From Mayamaea pseudoterrestris (Eukaryota), in the NCBI GenBank assembly GCA_027923505.1, contig BROI01000002.1, positions 930,001 through 994,000 on the forward strand: a stretch of DNA of 64,000 nucleotides, given 5' to 3'. The notes below the pieces were generated by a model. It saw only the letters and a program-made list of their open reading frames with translations. It did not search any database and was not told the origin of the DNA. Both the position numbers and the translations under genes were made by a program. Each line of letters opens with the position of its first letter. Within the stretch, counting starts at the first letter, position 1. This document shows positions 21,431-33,256 of this stretch, piece after piece.

Positions 21431-23464
21431 TCACAATCTGGGACGCAAGAGGAAAAAGATCAACCCAACTGAAAGGAATGTGCTCAAGCTTGCTACTTCG
21501 ACAAGTCGGTCAAGGTTCTTCCACCCATTTTCTCGACTAATTCCCAGCGCGTTTACCAATATACCAACAATCAAACCGTTCAGTTGTCCACCAAAGTCGA
21601 TACATGAAATCAAGGAGCCATATTGAATGCCACTTGCGACCAATGTGTCCTTCTTCGGACCATTGCTGCAGACAGTCGATGATGATTTTACTGTTTCGAC
21701 GTTGTGCTCTTCTCGATTAATCGATTTTGTGACTCTTTTCTTTGCTGCCATCGGTGTCGATGAGGCAACTGTGGCTAAGACAACATCTGGCAGAAACTTC
21801 CACTCTCCGACAATATTTCCCAATGATCGAACGACCAGAACTGTCACGGCTCGCTTTACAATGGAAGACATTGTTGGAACAGTGCTTATCAAGACTAGCT
21901 GTCCGACAAGTGAAACGACTGCTGCCGCCACTGTAGTTCCAATCATGACATGATATAGGTTGTAGCGATTCCGGTTGCAACTCGTTCCGCTACGGCCATC
22001 CGCCATGCCGTGCTGGCCAAAAAGGACGCCATACGACCAGGACGCTAGCGTCAAAATTCCCATGTCAAGCACGGACAAGATTTGAATGACGACCGGGTTC
22101 GCCTCAAAAAGCTCGTATACAAAGGACGCTAAAAGGTAAGAGGCAGTCGGCATGGAGTGTCGCATAATTAAAAAGAGACCGACGCGGTAAGTCGCTGGCT
22201 GCTCCGACATGGTAACAACCATGATGGATGCCACAAATATAAAAACAACAATGGCCATGGCAGTGTACCAGATCCAGGAAAATGACGACGCAACCATGGG
22301 GCCTTGAAGTACCAAAACGATGACGCATAACTGCAAAATACATACGACTGCCTTGCCATGAAAGCGCCCCGCAAACCCTTGCGTTTGCAATTTGTTGGCA
22401 TAGGCCATTTCTTCGCCATCCATCGCATCGCATTCCGTGGAGAAGTCGTCGGACACAAGCAGCCCGTTGCAAAGCGGAGGACTCTCCTCGGTATTATCAA
22501 TAGTGGCGTCGTCGTTCGTTTCGTCCCCGACATGTGCACCAACTCGATAGTACCAAGCATAGCAGCTTCCCAATACATTCAACAAGGCTGTCGTTCCCAG
22601 TAGCCACGCTGCCATGCCCCAACTCATGCTGCTTGTTGTCGATACAGACATGAGGAGGAGCGCCACAACGTGCCCTGCCCACGAGCCAAGGCTGCGGGCT
22701 GTGGCAGCTTGCGACTGCAAGATGGATGCCGCGCTGGCGCAATTCGATAACGGAGGGTCGCCGTCGCTTGCCATGTACGTTTCATCAGTCGTTGCTGTGT
22801 CAATGGTCGCAGGCGTTGCATCGCTCGTCGCTTCCGCCGACGTGGCACAACCAGAGTCATCGTCACCATGATTGGCGCTGTCAATGTGACTCACCCGACG
22901 CACCAATTCCAGTTCGAGCAAGAATTCGGGCCAAGCCCCAGCAATCCCGCGCGCCAAGCCCGCTACAAAAAGTGTAGTGATGGAAGTCGCGAACAATGTT
23001 CCGACCAAGGCCAAGGCTTGCAGCAAGAATAATATTGGCAAGAGTAATGGAAGCTGCATTGAATTCTTGAATGTCGCAGATTGCACATTGCTGCGATTGG
23101 CATTCGAAACTGCTTGGTAGTTGTTATCGCCGCATTTGTTCCATTCATGTTGAAATTCTTGGTAGCATTGCGAAAGAATGGCATACAGCGGCTTGAGCGA
23201 GTATGGCATGAAACAAACGGCTCCATAGGCTGGCAGTAGACTTAGTGGCAGCTTGACCTGTGTATTGACTAAGTACATGAGTGCCATCATTGGAAGCGCC
23301 AGCGAAACACCAATTAAGCCAAAGAGTAGACGGATTTCAGTTGGAAGACTCCTGCTTGAATTTACTTTCTCGGTTCCTGTCGCTACCAAGGGTCGCAACT
23401 CTTGAGCATCTTCCTCCTCGTCTTGCTTCATGCATGCCGATGAAATGGGTGTCAACTCGGCCAT
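21431..23464 (-). CDS. BT1/folate-biopterin transporter-like MFS protein (divergent)
   Basis: About 12 hydrophobic segments. PYSLKPLYAILS resembles the BT1 PW..KPLYG motif; also LQSQAATARSLGS and YGSLISCIDFGG near the C-terminus. Confidence 0.7.
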   Translation of the reverse strand: MAELTPISSACMKQDEEEDAQELRPLVATGTEKVNSSRSLPTEIRLLFGLIGVSLALPMMALMYLVNTQVKLPLSLLPAYGAVCFMPYSLKPLYAILSQCYQEFQHEWNKCGDNNYQAVSNANRSNVQSATFKNSMQLPLLLPILFLLQALALVGTLFATSITTLFVAGLARGIAGAWPEFLLELELVRRVSHIDSANHGDDDSGCATSAEATSDATPATIDTATTDETYMASDGDPPLSNCASAASILQSQAATARSLGSWAGHVVALLLMSVSTTSSMSWGMAAWLLGTTALLNVLGSCYAWYYRVGAHVGDETNDDATIDNTEESPPLCNGLLVSDDFSTECDAMDGEEMAYANKLQTQGFAGRFHGKAVVCILQLCVIVLVLQGPMVASSFSWIWYTAMAIVVFIFVASIMVVTMSEQPATYRVGLFLIMRHSMPTASYLLASFVYELFEANPVVIQILSVLDMGILTLASWSYGVLFGQHGMADGRSGTSCNRNRYNLYHVMIGTTVAAAVVSLVGQLVLISTVPTMSSIVKRAVTVLVVRSLGNIVGEWKFLPDVVLATVASSTPMAAKKRVTKSINREEHNVETVKSSSTVCSNGPKKDTLVASGIQYGSLISCIDFGGQLNGLIVGILVNALGISRENGWKNLDRLVEVASLSTFLSVGLIFFLLRPRL

Positions 23465-24116
23465 GATTGGATCAAAGGTTTCTTCTTTCCTGTTTTGTAT
23501 CGACTCATGGACTTTCAACAAATCGATAAAGAGTCAGATGGCTATAACAGGATGCGAGCACTGCATTACGGAGCGTTTCGATTGTGTCGCAGCGTCTCGT
23601 CTCATCTTTTTCGTCATGGTGAAAGAGTGCGAGGAACGTGCTTCGAGAAACTGCTGTAGTCGCACCGTGACAAGCTGAGAACCGGTCCGACAAATAAACC
23701 TCGACGTCAACGAGAGGAACCATCCATCTGCATGGCTGCATGGCGCCCGAGTGACTCCACATTGTGACCTTGCTCTTTATATATATATACTCCATACATA
23801 CTGTCTATAACTTGTTTGAAGCAAAGAGCAGAAGAAGCGTTCAACGTTGTAACAGATACATTGCACTGCAGGCAAGAGGCGCACATCTTTCGCAAAGATC
23901 TTGTCGCCATCTTTTGAAAAACGTTCTTCCGAACAGTCGCTTCGAGACGCAGCTTCTATTGAAAGAACTGCTGGATTGACAGGAGGGTTTTGAAATAGAA
24001 GAAATTGATTTAATTGAAATATTATTTTGCAGAAAATTGCGCCTCGACTACTGATCTCTTATAAATCCTGAATCGGAACACGTTCAAACCTGGCGGCTTA
24101 AAACAAAAACAACATT

Positions 24117-26595
24117 ATGGTTCCATCACAAACGAAGAATAATCAATTCGTCTCCTCCCAAGAGTCGGCAAGCACGAATCCATCCTCCTCCTATGGCGGC
24201 GGTGCCGGCGGATCATTGTTCATCGATAATGATAATTCCATGTCAAGGAGCCCGGGTTTGGGAGCAACGACGACGCAGCAACCGCCGAGTCCACAACTCT
24301 TGCCGCAATCGGCAGGCATTTTGCCGGCAAGTTTTCAGAGTCGATTGGATACGCCATGGACATTGGGATCAACGAATGGAGCGTATGCCTTGCAGTTGAT
24401 TGGATATCAGCAACAGCAAGTACAGCAGCAACAACGAGAAGTACAGGGCGGAGTCATGATTGCACCAACCGGTGACGCCACTAGCGATATAATTTCTTCA
24501 AATGCCATGTATTACAACGGATTAGAACATGCTCCCATAGCAACGCTGCATGTCGATCACAGTCAAGATAGCGGTGCATCCGTTTTACTCAATCAGAGTG
24601 GAAGTAACCACAGTGCGCCTGGAAATGTTATTGTTGCAAGCTCTACCAACGATTTAAATGGACGCGCCGCAATCATTACCAATCAGCGCAGTCTCTTTCA
24701 GGATCGCTTGTTGCGACAACCATCTTCGTGTGTCGAATCCATTCTAGCGGCAGCCTGCCAAGTCATGGCCTTTGACATTGCCGAAGTATGGTTGCGCACG
24801 GGTCCAAAGACTCATCAATTGACGAATAGTCATTTACGACCAACGGCACTTGCCGATGACGCGGAACGCCGCAGTGAATTAGTCGACGTTTACTATGGCG
24901 AAAAGAGCTCGGAGCGAACGCACCGCTTGAGTCCAGCCTTGTGCAAGCGCGCCAAGGAGGCCCAGGATGTCGTTTGGATCACGGCGCACACACCGAACGG
25001 AGCGGATGCCTTGCGATGCAGCATCTCCAACGTGCGTACGGCCGTGGCACTTCCAGTGTGTCATGAGGCGAGCAATACGAATTTGACAATACTATTCTTT
25101 AGTATACGAAGGTGAGTGCGAAACAAACGTCTTTGATGCAATGGGGAAGCGTGATTTAGAGGCAAAGTACGGGAAAGCGAGCAGAATAATGCATGCTGCG
25201 TCTCATTCCACTTTTCTTCTTTTTAGAATTCTTGTAAAGCCTCCAGCAGTCGAGTTCTTGGTTCACATGGCATTGTCCGCGGGCGTTACTTCTGTGAATT
25301 CATTGGCCGAGGACGGACTCATGGATCGGTCGCCAGGAACGCCCGAGAAATCAGCAGCAGTCATGAAACACCAACTACAACCTCCAATTTCGCATTCGGA
25401 GCATCTTCCAATGACTGCGAGTGGCGAAAATGACGGCGGCGGCATTGCAATTCGCCATCAGCGCATGGATCGATTTAGTGTCACGGGCGCGCAGCTTGAT
25501 CTTCAGTGGCGACAGCTGTTCAATGTGGAGTATCTAACAGATGGAGGAAACTCCTGGATTCATACAGCAGTCTTTAATGGCAAGCCTGTTGTGGTAAAAA
25601 CTCTCAAGCCCGAGTGCCAGGATGTGGCCGTTGCCATCAACGAGATTGAAGGCGAGCTGGCAGTCCACTCGAGGCTTAATCACCTAAATATCTGTGCATT
25701 GATTGGGGCAGGAACTACAAGTAAAGGTGTGCGCTTTGTAGTACTTGAACGATTGGACGGTGGAACGCTTACACAAATGCTTGGGTACGACACGCGCATT
25801 CGGGATCGGAGGCGGCGGTTCTGGCGCAAGAAGGTCTTTTCCTTCCTTGATATTGTTCGAATCGCAAAGTCTATTGCAGAAGCAATGATGTATTGTCACG
25901 AAGAAGCAATACCAGGGTCAGTGGTGATGCATCGAGATTTGAAGCCGGATAACATCGGTAAGTCTTAGTTGGGCAGATAGGTAATTTAGATTGATGCCCC
26001 CCTGACCTATAAAACAACCTACCCTTCTTGCAGGTTTTACTCTTGACGGAACAGTAAAAATACTTGACTTTGGTTTAGCTAAAATCATCGAGAGTGCGTC
26101 GGTTGATTCAAACGATGTGTACATGATGAGTGGCGAAACCGGCAGGTAAGGAATTCAGTTTGCTGCTTGTATCATCCTTTGATAGGGGACTTACCCCTTG
26201 GCTGGTATTATTCATATTTTAGCTTAAGATATATGGCGCCAGAAGTGGCCGACGCACTTCCATACAATTTTCGCGCCGATGTTTATTCCTTTGGAATTAT
26301 TCTTTGGGAGTTGAACGCTGGTAAGAAGCCATTCGATGGCCTGAATCGAGAACTGTTTTACGAACGTGTGGTGCACGGCGGGGAAAGACCTCCTCTCCAA
26401 CGAAAATGGTCGAAAGAACTGACAGCGCTTATGTCTGAATGCTGGGATGCTGATATGAACAACCGCCCTAGGTTCCGAGACGTCGTTACGCGGCTTGATT
26501 CGTTACTTGTTAAGGAAAAAGGTCCTGTAGCCAAAAAGAAGCAGTTTTTACCGAAGATTTCAGGTATGATTGACAGGCATTCGACATGGTTTTAA
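24117..26595 (+). CDS. TKL-group protein kinase with N-terminal GAF-like region; 4 exons (24117..25111, 25227..25957, 26034..26145, 26223..26595)
   Basis: Three GT-AG introns restore VVVK, HRDLKPDNIG|F, KILDFGLAK, GETGS|LRYMAPE, ADVYSFGIILWE and ECW...RP. Confidence 0.92.
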
Positions 26596-26724
26596 CTATT
26601 AGACGTAAATGTTTGAACAAAATTTGCCAAGCTAAAGGATACTGTAAATCTTCAAATCCGTACCCTCTCATGTCGCCAATTAATTTGTATGGCTAGGCCA
26701 ACTAGCTGGTAATGACGCAAGGAA

Positions 26725-29700
26725 TCACACCTTAGTATGAGAGGACTGCTTCCAAGGCTTGTTAAACTTCAGCAGCCGATGAGATGTTGCTGCGACAAGC
26801 GTTTTGGATTTTTCATTGTTGATGTCATCAAGGACCGCCGTCGCTGTGATCATCTCTGCCTTGCGTGTACGTAGACGGTAATGCGGATTCCAACAACTCG
26901 TCTCGCACGTGTCCTGTACGCATTCCACCATTCCTTCCTTTACTAGCTCAAACAAGGTTGTTACAATGACGTTCAAGTCACAATATGACAGTGATATTGA
27001 CCATATACGATCGTCACTCTCTGCGTTCTTTGATTGCATTTTGACCAAGATATCATTAGCCGTCAAGCTTTTCTCATCGATCAGTTGCAACAAAATGGCT
27101 TTCATCCCAGCTTTGACATTCGAAGGAAGTGTGTCGAATGTATACGACATAAGATTACTTGGCTTGTCGTCGGAGCTGTGCTTGAGTAATGATTGAGGAG
27201 CGACTCGAAGTTCAGTCCACAAGTTTGAGTGGCTCATTAATTGAAGTATGGACAATGAACCGTTGTCATCGGCCACAAGAGCAGGATTGCCTTTCTTTCG
27301 GACAACGAAAGCGCTAGAATTGGCGTACATGACCACAGGAGGGGCATCTTCGTCGTCATTTGGTGCTATGAAGAGGGACTCTGCGGCACGCGCACGTTCC
27401 GAGATAGGGCGACTCGGTTTGCGTCCAGTGTTTCCAAAAATAAGATTCCGATACGATAACTTGCCAGAACCTGCACCTGTATGAAAATTGATATCCTGCA
27501 ATCCATCTGCCTTGTCTTCTGGAGCGTCGCAGCTAGCAGAGGCGGAATTCCATGTATTCATGTTGCAATACCAAGTTTCTGGAAGATCGTCAGCACTGAC
27601 ATGAGCTGGAAGCTTGCGCCACTTCTGACAACTTTCACACTGCACCCACTCAAGATTATCCGTCTCGTCCGCGACACCAGCTGTAGATTGTGCAAATGAC
27701 TCTGTCTCCATGGCTGGCTTGACTAATTCTTTTATGCGACGAGGTCGTCCACGACCACGGCGTCCCTGCGCATCAACACCTAAAGTTTCTGACATTTCAG
27801 TATTGTCACTCCTCACCTTCTTCCCAGCTATAATAGTCGTCTTCTTTTCCCTTCCTACATCTTCGGTCGTGTCGTGCGTGGATTCGGGCGACTCTCTTAT
27901 AACACTATCATTAAAACCTTCCATCACCGGAGTCTCTTCTCGCTGCTGGCCGTCAACACCAAGGGCCGTTCCGCCGATACCTGCGGCAGCATCGACCCCC
28001 ATGCGAATCCGTTGCTGTAATCGCTTACGCTTCTTTTTCTCTTTTGCAACCTGCTTAGGAGTTTGCTCGGGAGCTTCGCAACTAGCGCGTTTAGAATCCC
28101 ACAAATTGTCGCTACAGTACCATTGCTTTGGGAGAGTGCTGACCACAATCGAAGGAATAATTCGCCATTTTGAGCACAAATCGCATTGCACCCATTGACT
28201 GTCATCTTCTGACGTTTCTGATCCATCCTCTAACTCACGTCGCTTCCTTCTGCCCTTCTTGCCTTCTGGAGAGTCGATAACTAGCGGCTGCCGCGAAGTT
28301 ATCCGTTCGTTGGCCTGTTGGGCTGCGCGACGACCAGATCGCACTATAGAAGAATCAAAAGTTCCAAGTGGCTCAAATTGCGACACGGCATTACCGATTA
28401 GCTCCGAATCTTCCTTTGCATCCGCGAAGCTTTCCGAACGATCGGCAGCGGCAAGAGGAACCGGAACATGATCATGTACCATATTCAATGATGCATCACC
28501 AGATTTAACGTCGCTAGGGCTCTTAGATACAGGGGTCGTAGCTTTAAAATCGAGCAAGTGATGACGCGTTTGTGAAGGTAGCAACTGGGAACTCTTCACA
28601 GACTCGTATGATGCTTTCTTTGCAACTTGACTCTCGTCATCTGCATCGTCAGAAAATCCAGCATCTGTTCGATTGCGTTTGATACCGGCAACGGCTGCAT
28701 CAGAACCGTCGACATAATGACTTTTATCTAGCTGCTGCTCTACGATCATTATATTCGATTTGATTGTTGGAGCCGCAGAGACGACAGTGTCGTCTTTCAC
28801 CCTTTCCACTTGCTCGGTGCGCCCATCACCATTCTTTTCAACTTCTTCACCTGTTGAAACATCTCTGGCATGTAGTTTATGCGCCGGAATATGTATATGC
28901 AGTCGCTTAGCTGCTCGTTCATTGTGGTCCGGCAGCACCGTCGAATGCTCAGTCGCTGGTTGTGGCGCTGCCATAACATCGTTTGCCAACTGTTTTCCAT
29001 CAACGAAATGTCGTCCTTCCTCATCTCCTTTCATGACAAGACGCTCCAGTCCAAATTTATTGTTTGAGTCGGTTTTGATTACAGTAATCGCCGACCCAAC
29101 TGTGACCGAGTACGACGCGTTACGTGCATCATCTCTATAGCGATCAACAACACTCCCTTGCAGAAATTGGTCAGATGGTCGAAGCGCAGTTGCACCAGGT
29201 AAGTCTTTTCCGTCCTCTTTCAGCACCTTTCCTGCATTGTGTTCATGGTCCACATCACCATGCAACGCAAGCCGCGGAGCTGCTGACATAAGAGAGTCTC
29301 CTTCACTTCCTGTATATTGTGCTTCCGTCGGCGATCGCGTTATCGATGATGCGGATTGCTGCTTTGGACTTGGATGTAACGACGAATCGCCGGAACGATG
29401 CTTGGGAGGACGGCCTCGCTTCCTTTTGACCATGCCATCAGCATCGGTGTCGTCTTGCTCAAACATGGCGTCTACGAATGGCGAGTTGACACGGGCAGCG
29501 TCTCCTACCTCGCCTTCTACATACGTCGTATTCGCCACCGGCCGTGGACTCTTTGCAAAAGGCTTTGCCACGGGCTTGGAATCGCCTAGTACAGCATGTG
29601 ACTCGGCAACAGCAGCTTCTCCTTGCACTTCATCCTTCTTCTTTCGCGGAATAAACTTGTCTGCTCGAACCGAATGCTCACCATTGCCAGTATCATCAAT

Positions 29701-30438
29701 AATAACATCCTTATCTGGAAACCGCGTCACTTCCGTCGTGTTATCGTCGTAGCGAATGCGAATTTTGGAGCCCTCCTTGGAAACGGCACTAATGCGGCCG
29801 CCAAAGTAGCACCTCTTCTTCTTGTTGTCTCTCATGGTGGCAAAGCGAACCTTGACGCGGAGTCCAGGAATGACATATTTGCGCGCCTTGCGCGGAGTCA
29901 TGCCATGCTGCAGTTCGATCGTTTCTATGGAAGGATGCGGAACAGTCTTGCTTCCTGCTGCATCATGCTCATTTTCATGACTACTCTTGTTTCTAGCTTT
30001 CTTCTTTTTCTTCGTAAATGGTTGTTGTTGCTGCTGGTCGTTCGAAGAAGCTGCGGCAGCGGAAGAATGTTGCTGCTGATCTATACTCTGCATGCCTTTT
30101 TGCGCCGCAGCAGCAAAATCATAGTCTTTGGTCGACTTGAACGCTCCAACCGAAACCCCATCACCATCACCACCACCACCACCATCTTCATAAGTCGCTT
30201 CTCCCACTAAGTGCTTTTTCCGTTTTCCATCATGGTGCTTGGCAGAAGACTTCCATTTGCTCTGAATCGTATTGGCGGCAAAGTGAAGGGACGCCGACGC
30301 CGACTCTTTCTTGTGCCGCTCGTCGTCGCCTGACGAGGAATCGTTGCCCGACGAAAAGGCTGCATCCGAGTCGTCGTTATTTTGGTTCGCCGCGCTCTCC
30401 TGGAGAGACTGCTTTAGTGCCAGGCGGAGCGACGACAT
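26725..30438 (-). CDS. Chromatin reader with two CW zinc fingers, Tudor-like domain, AT-hooks and N-terminal UIM-like motif
   Basis: zf-CW motifs WVQCDLCSKWR..WYC..C and WVQCESCQKWR..WYC..C; Tudor-like GLRVKVRF..YFGGRI..IRYDDNTTE; AT-hooks KRKRGRPPK and RGRGRPRR; UIM-like LRLALKQSLQE. Confidence 0.85.
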   Translation of the reverse strand: MSSLRLALKQSLQESAANQNNDDSDAAFSSGNDSSSGDDERHKKESASASLHFAANTIQSKWKSSAKHHDGKRKKHLVGEATYEDGGGGGDGDGVSVGAFKSTKDYDFAAAAQKGMQSIDQQQHSSAAAASSNDQQQQQPFTKKKKKARNKSSHENEHDAAGSKTVPHPSIETIELQHGMTPRKARKYVIPGLRVKVRFATMRDNKKKRCYFGGRISAVSKEGSKIRIRYDDNTTEVTRFPDKDVIIDDTGNGEHSVRADKFIPRKKKDEVQGEAAVAESHAVLGDSKPVAKPFAKSPRPVANTTYVEGEVGDAARVNSPFVDAMFEQDDTDADGMVKRKRGRPPKHRSGDSSLHPSPKQQSASSITRSPTEAQYTGSEGDSLMSAAPRLALHGDVDHEHNAGKVLKEDGKDLPGATALRPSDQFLQGSVVDRYRDDARNASYSVTVGSAITVIKTDSNNKFGLERLVMKGDEEGRHFVDGKQLANDVMAAPQPATEHSTVLPDHNERAAKRLHIHIPAHKLHARDVSTGEEVEKNGDGRTEQVERVKDDTVVSAAPTIKSNIMIVEQQLDKSHYVDGSDAAVAGIKRNRTDAGFSDDADDESQVAKKASYESVKSSQLLPSQTRHHLLDFKATTPVSKSPSDVKSGDASLNMVHDHVPVPLAAADRSESFADAKEDSELIGNAVSQFEPLGTFDSSIVRSGRRAAQQANERITSRQPLVIDSPEGKKGRRKRRELEDGSETSEDDSQWVQCDLCSKWRIIPSIVVSTLPKQWYCSDNLWDSKRASCEAPEQTPKQVAKEKKKRKRLQQRIRMGVDAAAGIGGTALGVDGQQREETPVMEGFNDSVIRESPESTHDTTEDVGREKKTTIIAGKKVRSDNTEMSETLGVDAQGRRGRGRPRRIKELVKPAMETESFAQSTAGVADETDNLEWVQCESCQKWRKLPAHVSADDLPETWYCNMNTWNSASASCDAPEDKADGLQDINFHTGAGSGKLSYRNLIFGNTGRKPSRPISERARAAESLFIAPNDDEDAPPVVMYANSSAFVVRKKGNPALVADDNGSLSILQLMSHSNLWTELRVAPQSLLKHSSDDKPSNLMSYTFDTLPSNVKAGMKAILLQLIDEKSLTANDILVKMQSKNAESDDRIWSISLSYCDLNVIVTTLFELVKEGMVECVQDTCETSCWNPHYRLRTRKAEMITATAVLDDINNEKSKTLVAATSHRLLKFNKPWKQSSHTKV

Positions 30439-30874
30439 TGTGTTGCTGGTTGGCTTTTATCGTAAAGGTGTAATACTGTAAGCGAACTAAATCTCCGCGC
30501 TAAGATTTGCAGAATGAAAAGAAGACAGCCTTTGTTACTGCTCTCGGAATTTTATATACTACTGCTGCCGCTGCTACTGCTGCTGCCTTTTGCTAATTCC
30601 AACGAAAGAAATGGCCGAGCGGCAGGGCGACTGTTGACCTGCTGCCATGGTCGTTTTCACGCGTTTCACTTTCCACCTGAAAAGTAGCACGCAAGCCAAC
30701 TCGCAACTACTTGCTCGTGACCATTCAATTCACAGTCAGTCTTGGTAAGACGTCGATACGACATGCGACTCATTCGTTCCCTTCCAAATTGGGAGCCGGC
30801 AGACAAGCGCAGCAGCAACATCATCTACTAGTATATTGTATCTCATTCTCTTTTCAAACTACTTATAAACAGCA

Positions 30875-31222
30875 ATGGCATCAGCAGCAGAAGAATCGGA
30901 GCACGCGACAGACCTAAAATCTGGTCCATTTTCCGTCCTCTTTAACGCCGTCAAGAACAATACGCAAATCTTGATCAACGTTCGAAACAATCACAAGCTG
31001 CTCGCACGCGTCAAGGCGTATGATCGTCATTTCAATTTGCTGCTCGAAGATGTGAAAGAAATGTGGACGGATGTTAGCAAGGGAGGCAAGGGCCGAACCC
31101 GCAATACTGCTGTCAATAAGGATCGCTACGTGAGCAAAATGTTTCTGCGCGGCGATTCCGTCATTTTAATTGTTTCCAATCCAGCGGCAGTCGCACAAGG
31201 CGCCAAGGACACGAATCAATAG
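30875..31222 (+). CDS. SNRPD2: Small nuclear ribonucleoprotein Sm D2
   Basis: [48 protein letters not shown]...[19 protein letters not shown]. Confidence 0.97.
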   Translation: MASAAEESEHATDLKSGPFSVLFNAVKNNTQILINVRNNHKLLARVKAYDRHFNLLLEDVKEMWTDVSKGGKGRTRNTAVNKDRYVSKMFLRGDSVILIVSNPAAVAQGAKDTNQ

Positions 31223-31348
31223 AATCTTATAAATCATAAAAAGTTGGTTACAAAGAATTATATTTCGCGTCTGCTTTAAATATGTAGTCCGGGCTTAAGG
31301 CATGGAGTATGGAGTGACCGAAACGCAATTTGTCGTCGCCCAATTGCG

Positions 31349-32293
31349 TTAATCACTATCAGAATCTGACCCGTATCCTCCAAGCAGACCAGCTAGTCCA
31401 GTGCTTTCCTTCTTCTCTTCGCTGGCAACCTTGATATTGCTCTCCGTCGCCACGGCAACAGCGTTGACTCGCCTTCGCTTGACGGCAACGACTGGAAGCA
31501 GTGACTTCTTCGCGACGACGGCTGCTGACAGTGCATCAGTTGATGGAGGCGCTTGAAATAGCGCTACTTGTTGCTTTCGCTTTCCTTCCAGTTCTGCCTC
31601 GTCATGTTCGTCAAGTCGCTTGATATGCTGCTGCTGTCGTCCAAACTGAATGGACTTTACTAGCGCTTCATCGTCGGCAGTCAGCTCCACTACTGCCGGC
31701 TCACTCGTAACGCCATTATCCTGCTGCTTCTGTGCCGCAAGAACTGCCATTGTTTCGGAATCGAACCCGTCGCCGACAGCAAGCTTCAAATGCCTCGCAT
31801 TCATGGCCTTGATTTGCTCCAACGTGTCCATTTCCGCCATTTCTCGCTGCGAATCCAGCACTCGACTCTCCAGCGCCTTCATTGGATCCTCCTTCTTTTC
31901 ACGTTCCAACTCTTCCAATGCCTCCTGCTCCGTCTTGTCCCTATCCTTGTAGACTTCATAGTTTCTTGTTCCTCCAGACTCCATTTCATAGTCGCAGTTC
32001 TTTGGATCAGTCAAAAATGTGAGCGGCCTGGCACATTGCGTACACTTGATATAGAATCGCCATCGCGTAATTCCCAAATAGACTCCATCGGGACCGCCCA
32101 TGCGCTCCTTCTTGCTGTTGAATTTGCGGCCACGATAGAGAAACTCGCTACAGTTGGAACATTGGACCGAAAAGGGAAGCATCATGCGAACTGGCACACA
32201 TCCGTCCTTGCTGGAAAGCTTCTTGCCCTTTGGAACCAAGGCTGGATCGAAATCCGCTGGAATGTACTTGCTAATGACCTTGCGCTCGCCCAT
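31349..32293 (-). CDS. YJU2: Splicing factor YJU2/CWC16 (CCDC94)
   Basis: MGERKVISKYIPADFDP, VRMMLPFSVQCSNC..GRKFNSKKE, YLGI..WRFYIKC..C, TDPKNCDYEMESG. Confidence 0.95.
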   Translation of the reverse strand: MGERKVISKYIPADFDPALVPKGKKLSSKDGCVPVRMMLPFSVQCSNCSEFLYRGRKFNSKKERMGGPDGVYLGITRWRFYIKCTQCARPLTFLTDPKNCDYEMESGGTRNYEVYKDRDKTEQEALEELEREKKEDPMKALESRVLDSQREMAEMDTLEQIKAMNARHLKLAVGDGFDSETMAVLAAQKQQDNGVTSEPAVVELTADDEALVKSIQFGRQQQHIKRLDEHDEAELEGKRKQQVALFQAPPSTDALSAAVVAKKSLLPVVAVKRRRVNAVAVATESNIKVASEEKKESTGLAGLLGGYGSDSDSD

Positions 32294-32722
32294 GATGATG
32301 ATGAAATGAACGGTGTTTTGTTTTGACGAGAAGTATTGATTGTGATCTATCAAAGCAAAGAGATGTTCAGGTTTCTTTTTATATCGCAATCGATCTCCAA
32401 AGCCGTTTAATTGATATGCTGAAGGGTGATCAGATAGTAGTCCTGCAGCTATGGTAACGTCGTTAACAATGGAGCACTGCTTCCGTGAGAGATGATGGCT
32501 CGTCGTTGCTTATGCTTGCTTGCTTCAAACGTGACAAACAATCGGACCGGTACTCGTCTGGTATCGTCCGAATTCTTTCGCGCAACACCATCCGTCGTTT
32601 CGATTCGTCGCGGTTGATTCATTGGTGTTGCTTCCATATCATACATCTGTTTCAGGAGCAACTCTTTACGACTGCCATATTATAAACACAAAGTCAATCA
32701 ATACACTTTATAATACAAAATC

Positions 32723-33256
32723 ATGTTTTCCTCCATAGCACGATTCACTCTATCCGCTGGATCGCGTCTCACTGCCACGCCGTCGCTGTTCGCCATGCGC
32801 GCCTTTTCCAGCAGCATCCAGACCGGCACGGTTAAATGGTTTGACATTAAAAAGGGATTTGGATTCATTGTTCCGGATGAGGGCGGTGAAGACATTTTTG
32901 TTCATCAGTCATCCATTCATGCCGAAGGCTTTCGCTCATTGGCGGTGAGTCAATTGTCGATGCATTCATTAATTCGATTCGCAGCTTGTCGGATTTGCTC
33001 ACTCACTGTTAACGTTCTCACATTCTTTCAGGACGGAGAAACGGTTGAATTCACGACGCAAATGGATCCCCGCGGACGAGTCAAGGCGGACCGAGTGACG
33101 GGACCATTGGGAGCGCACGTGCAGGGCGTGGCCAGACGAACCTTTCGCGACTTTGACGGCGGCGGCGGCCGAAATTCGTACGACGGTGACAGCTTTTCTA
33201 GTCCAGAAGGCAACGACTTTTTCAATGACTTTGAGAAGGAGCATCAAGTCAAGTAA
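32723..33256 (+). CDS. Cold-shock-domain RNA-binding protein, probably mitochondrial; intron 32945..33031
   Basis: [37 protein letters not shown]. Arg/Ser-rich presequence MFSSIARF...MRAFSS. An 87-bp GTGAGT..TTTCAG intron is read through in the ORF track. Confidence 0.92.
   Translation: MFSSIARFTLSAGSRLTATPSLFAMRAFSSSIQTGTVKWFDIKKGFGFIVPDEGGEDIFVHQSSIHAEGFRSLAVSQLSMHSLIRFAACRICSLTVNVLTFFQDGETVEFTTQMDPRGRVKADRVTGPLGAHVQGVARRTFRDFDGGGGRNSYDGDSFSSPEGNDFFNDFEKEHQVK

Noticed and set aside
30875..33256. SmD2, YJU2 and cold-shock protein as an RNA-processing cluster
   Set aside because: SmD2 and YJU2 are convergent and the cold-shock protein looks mitochondrial; adjacency is plausibly chance in a compact genome.
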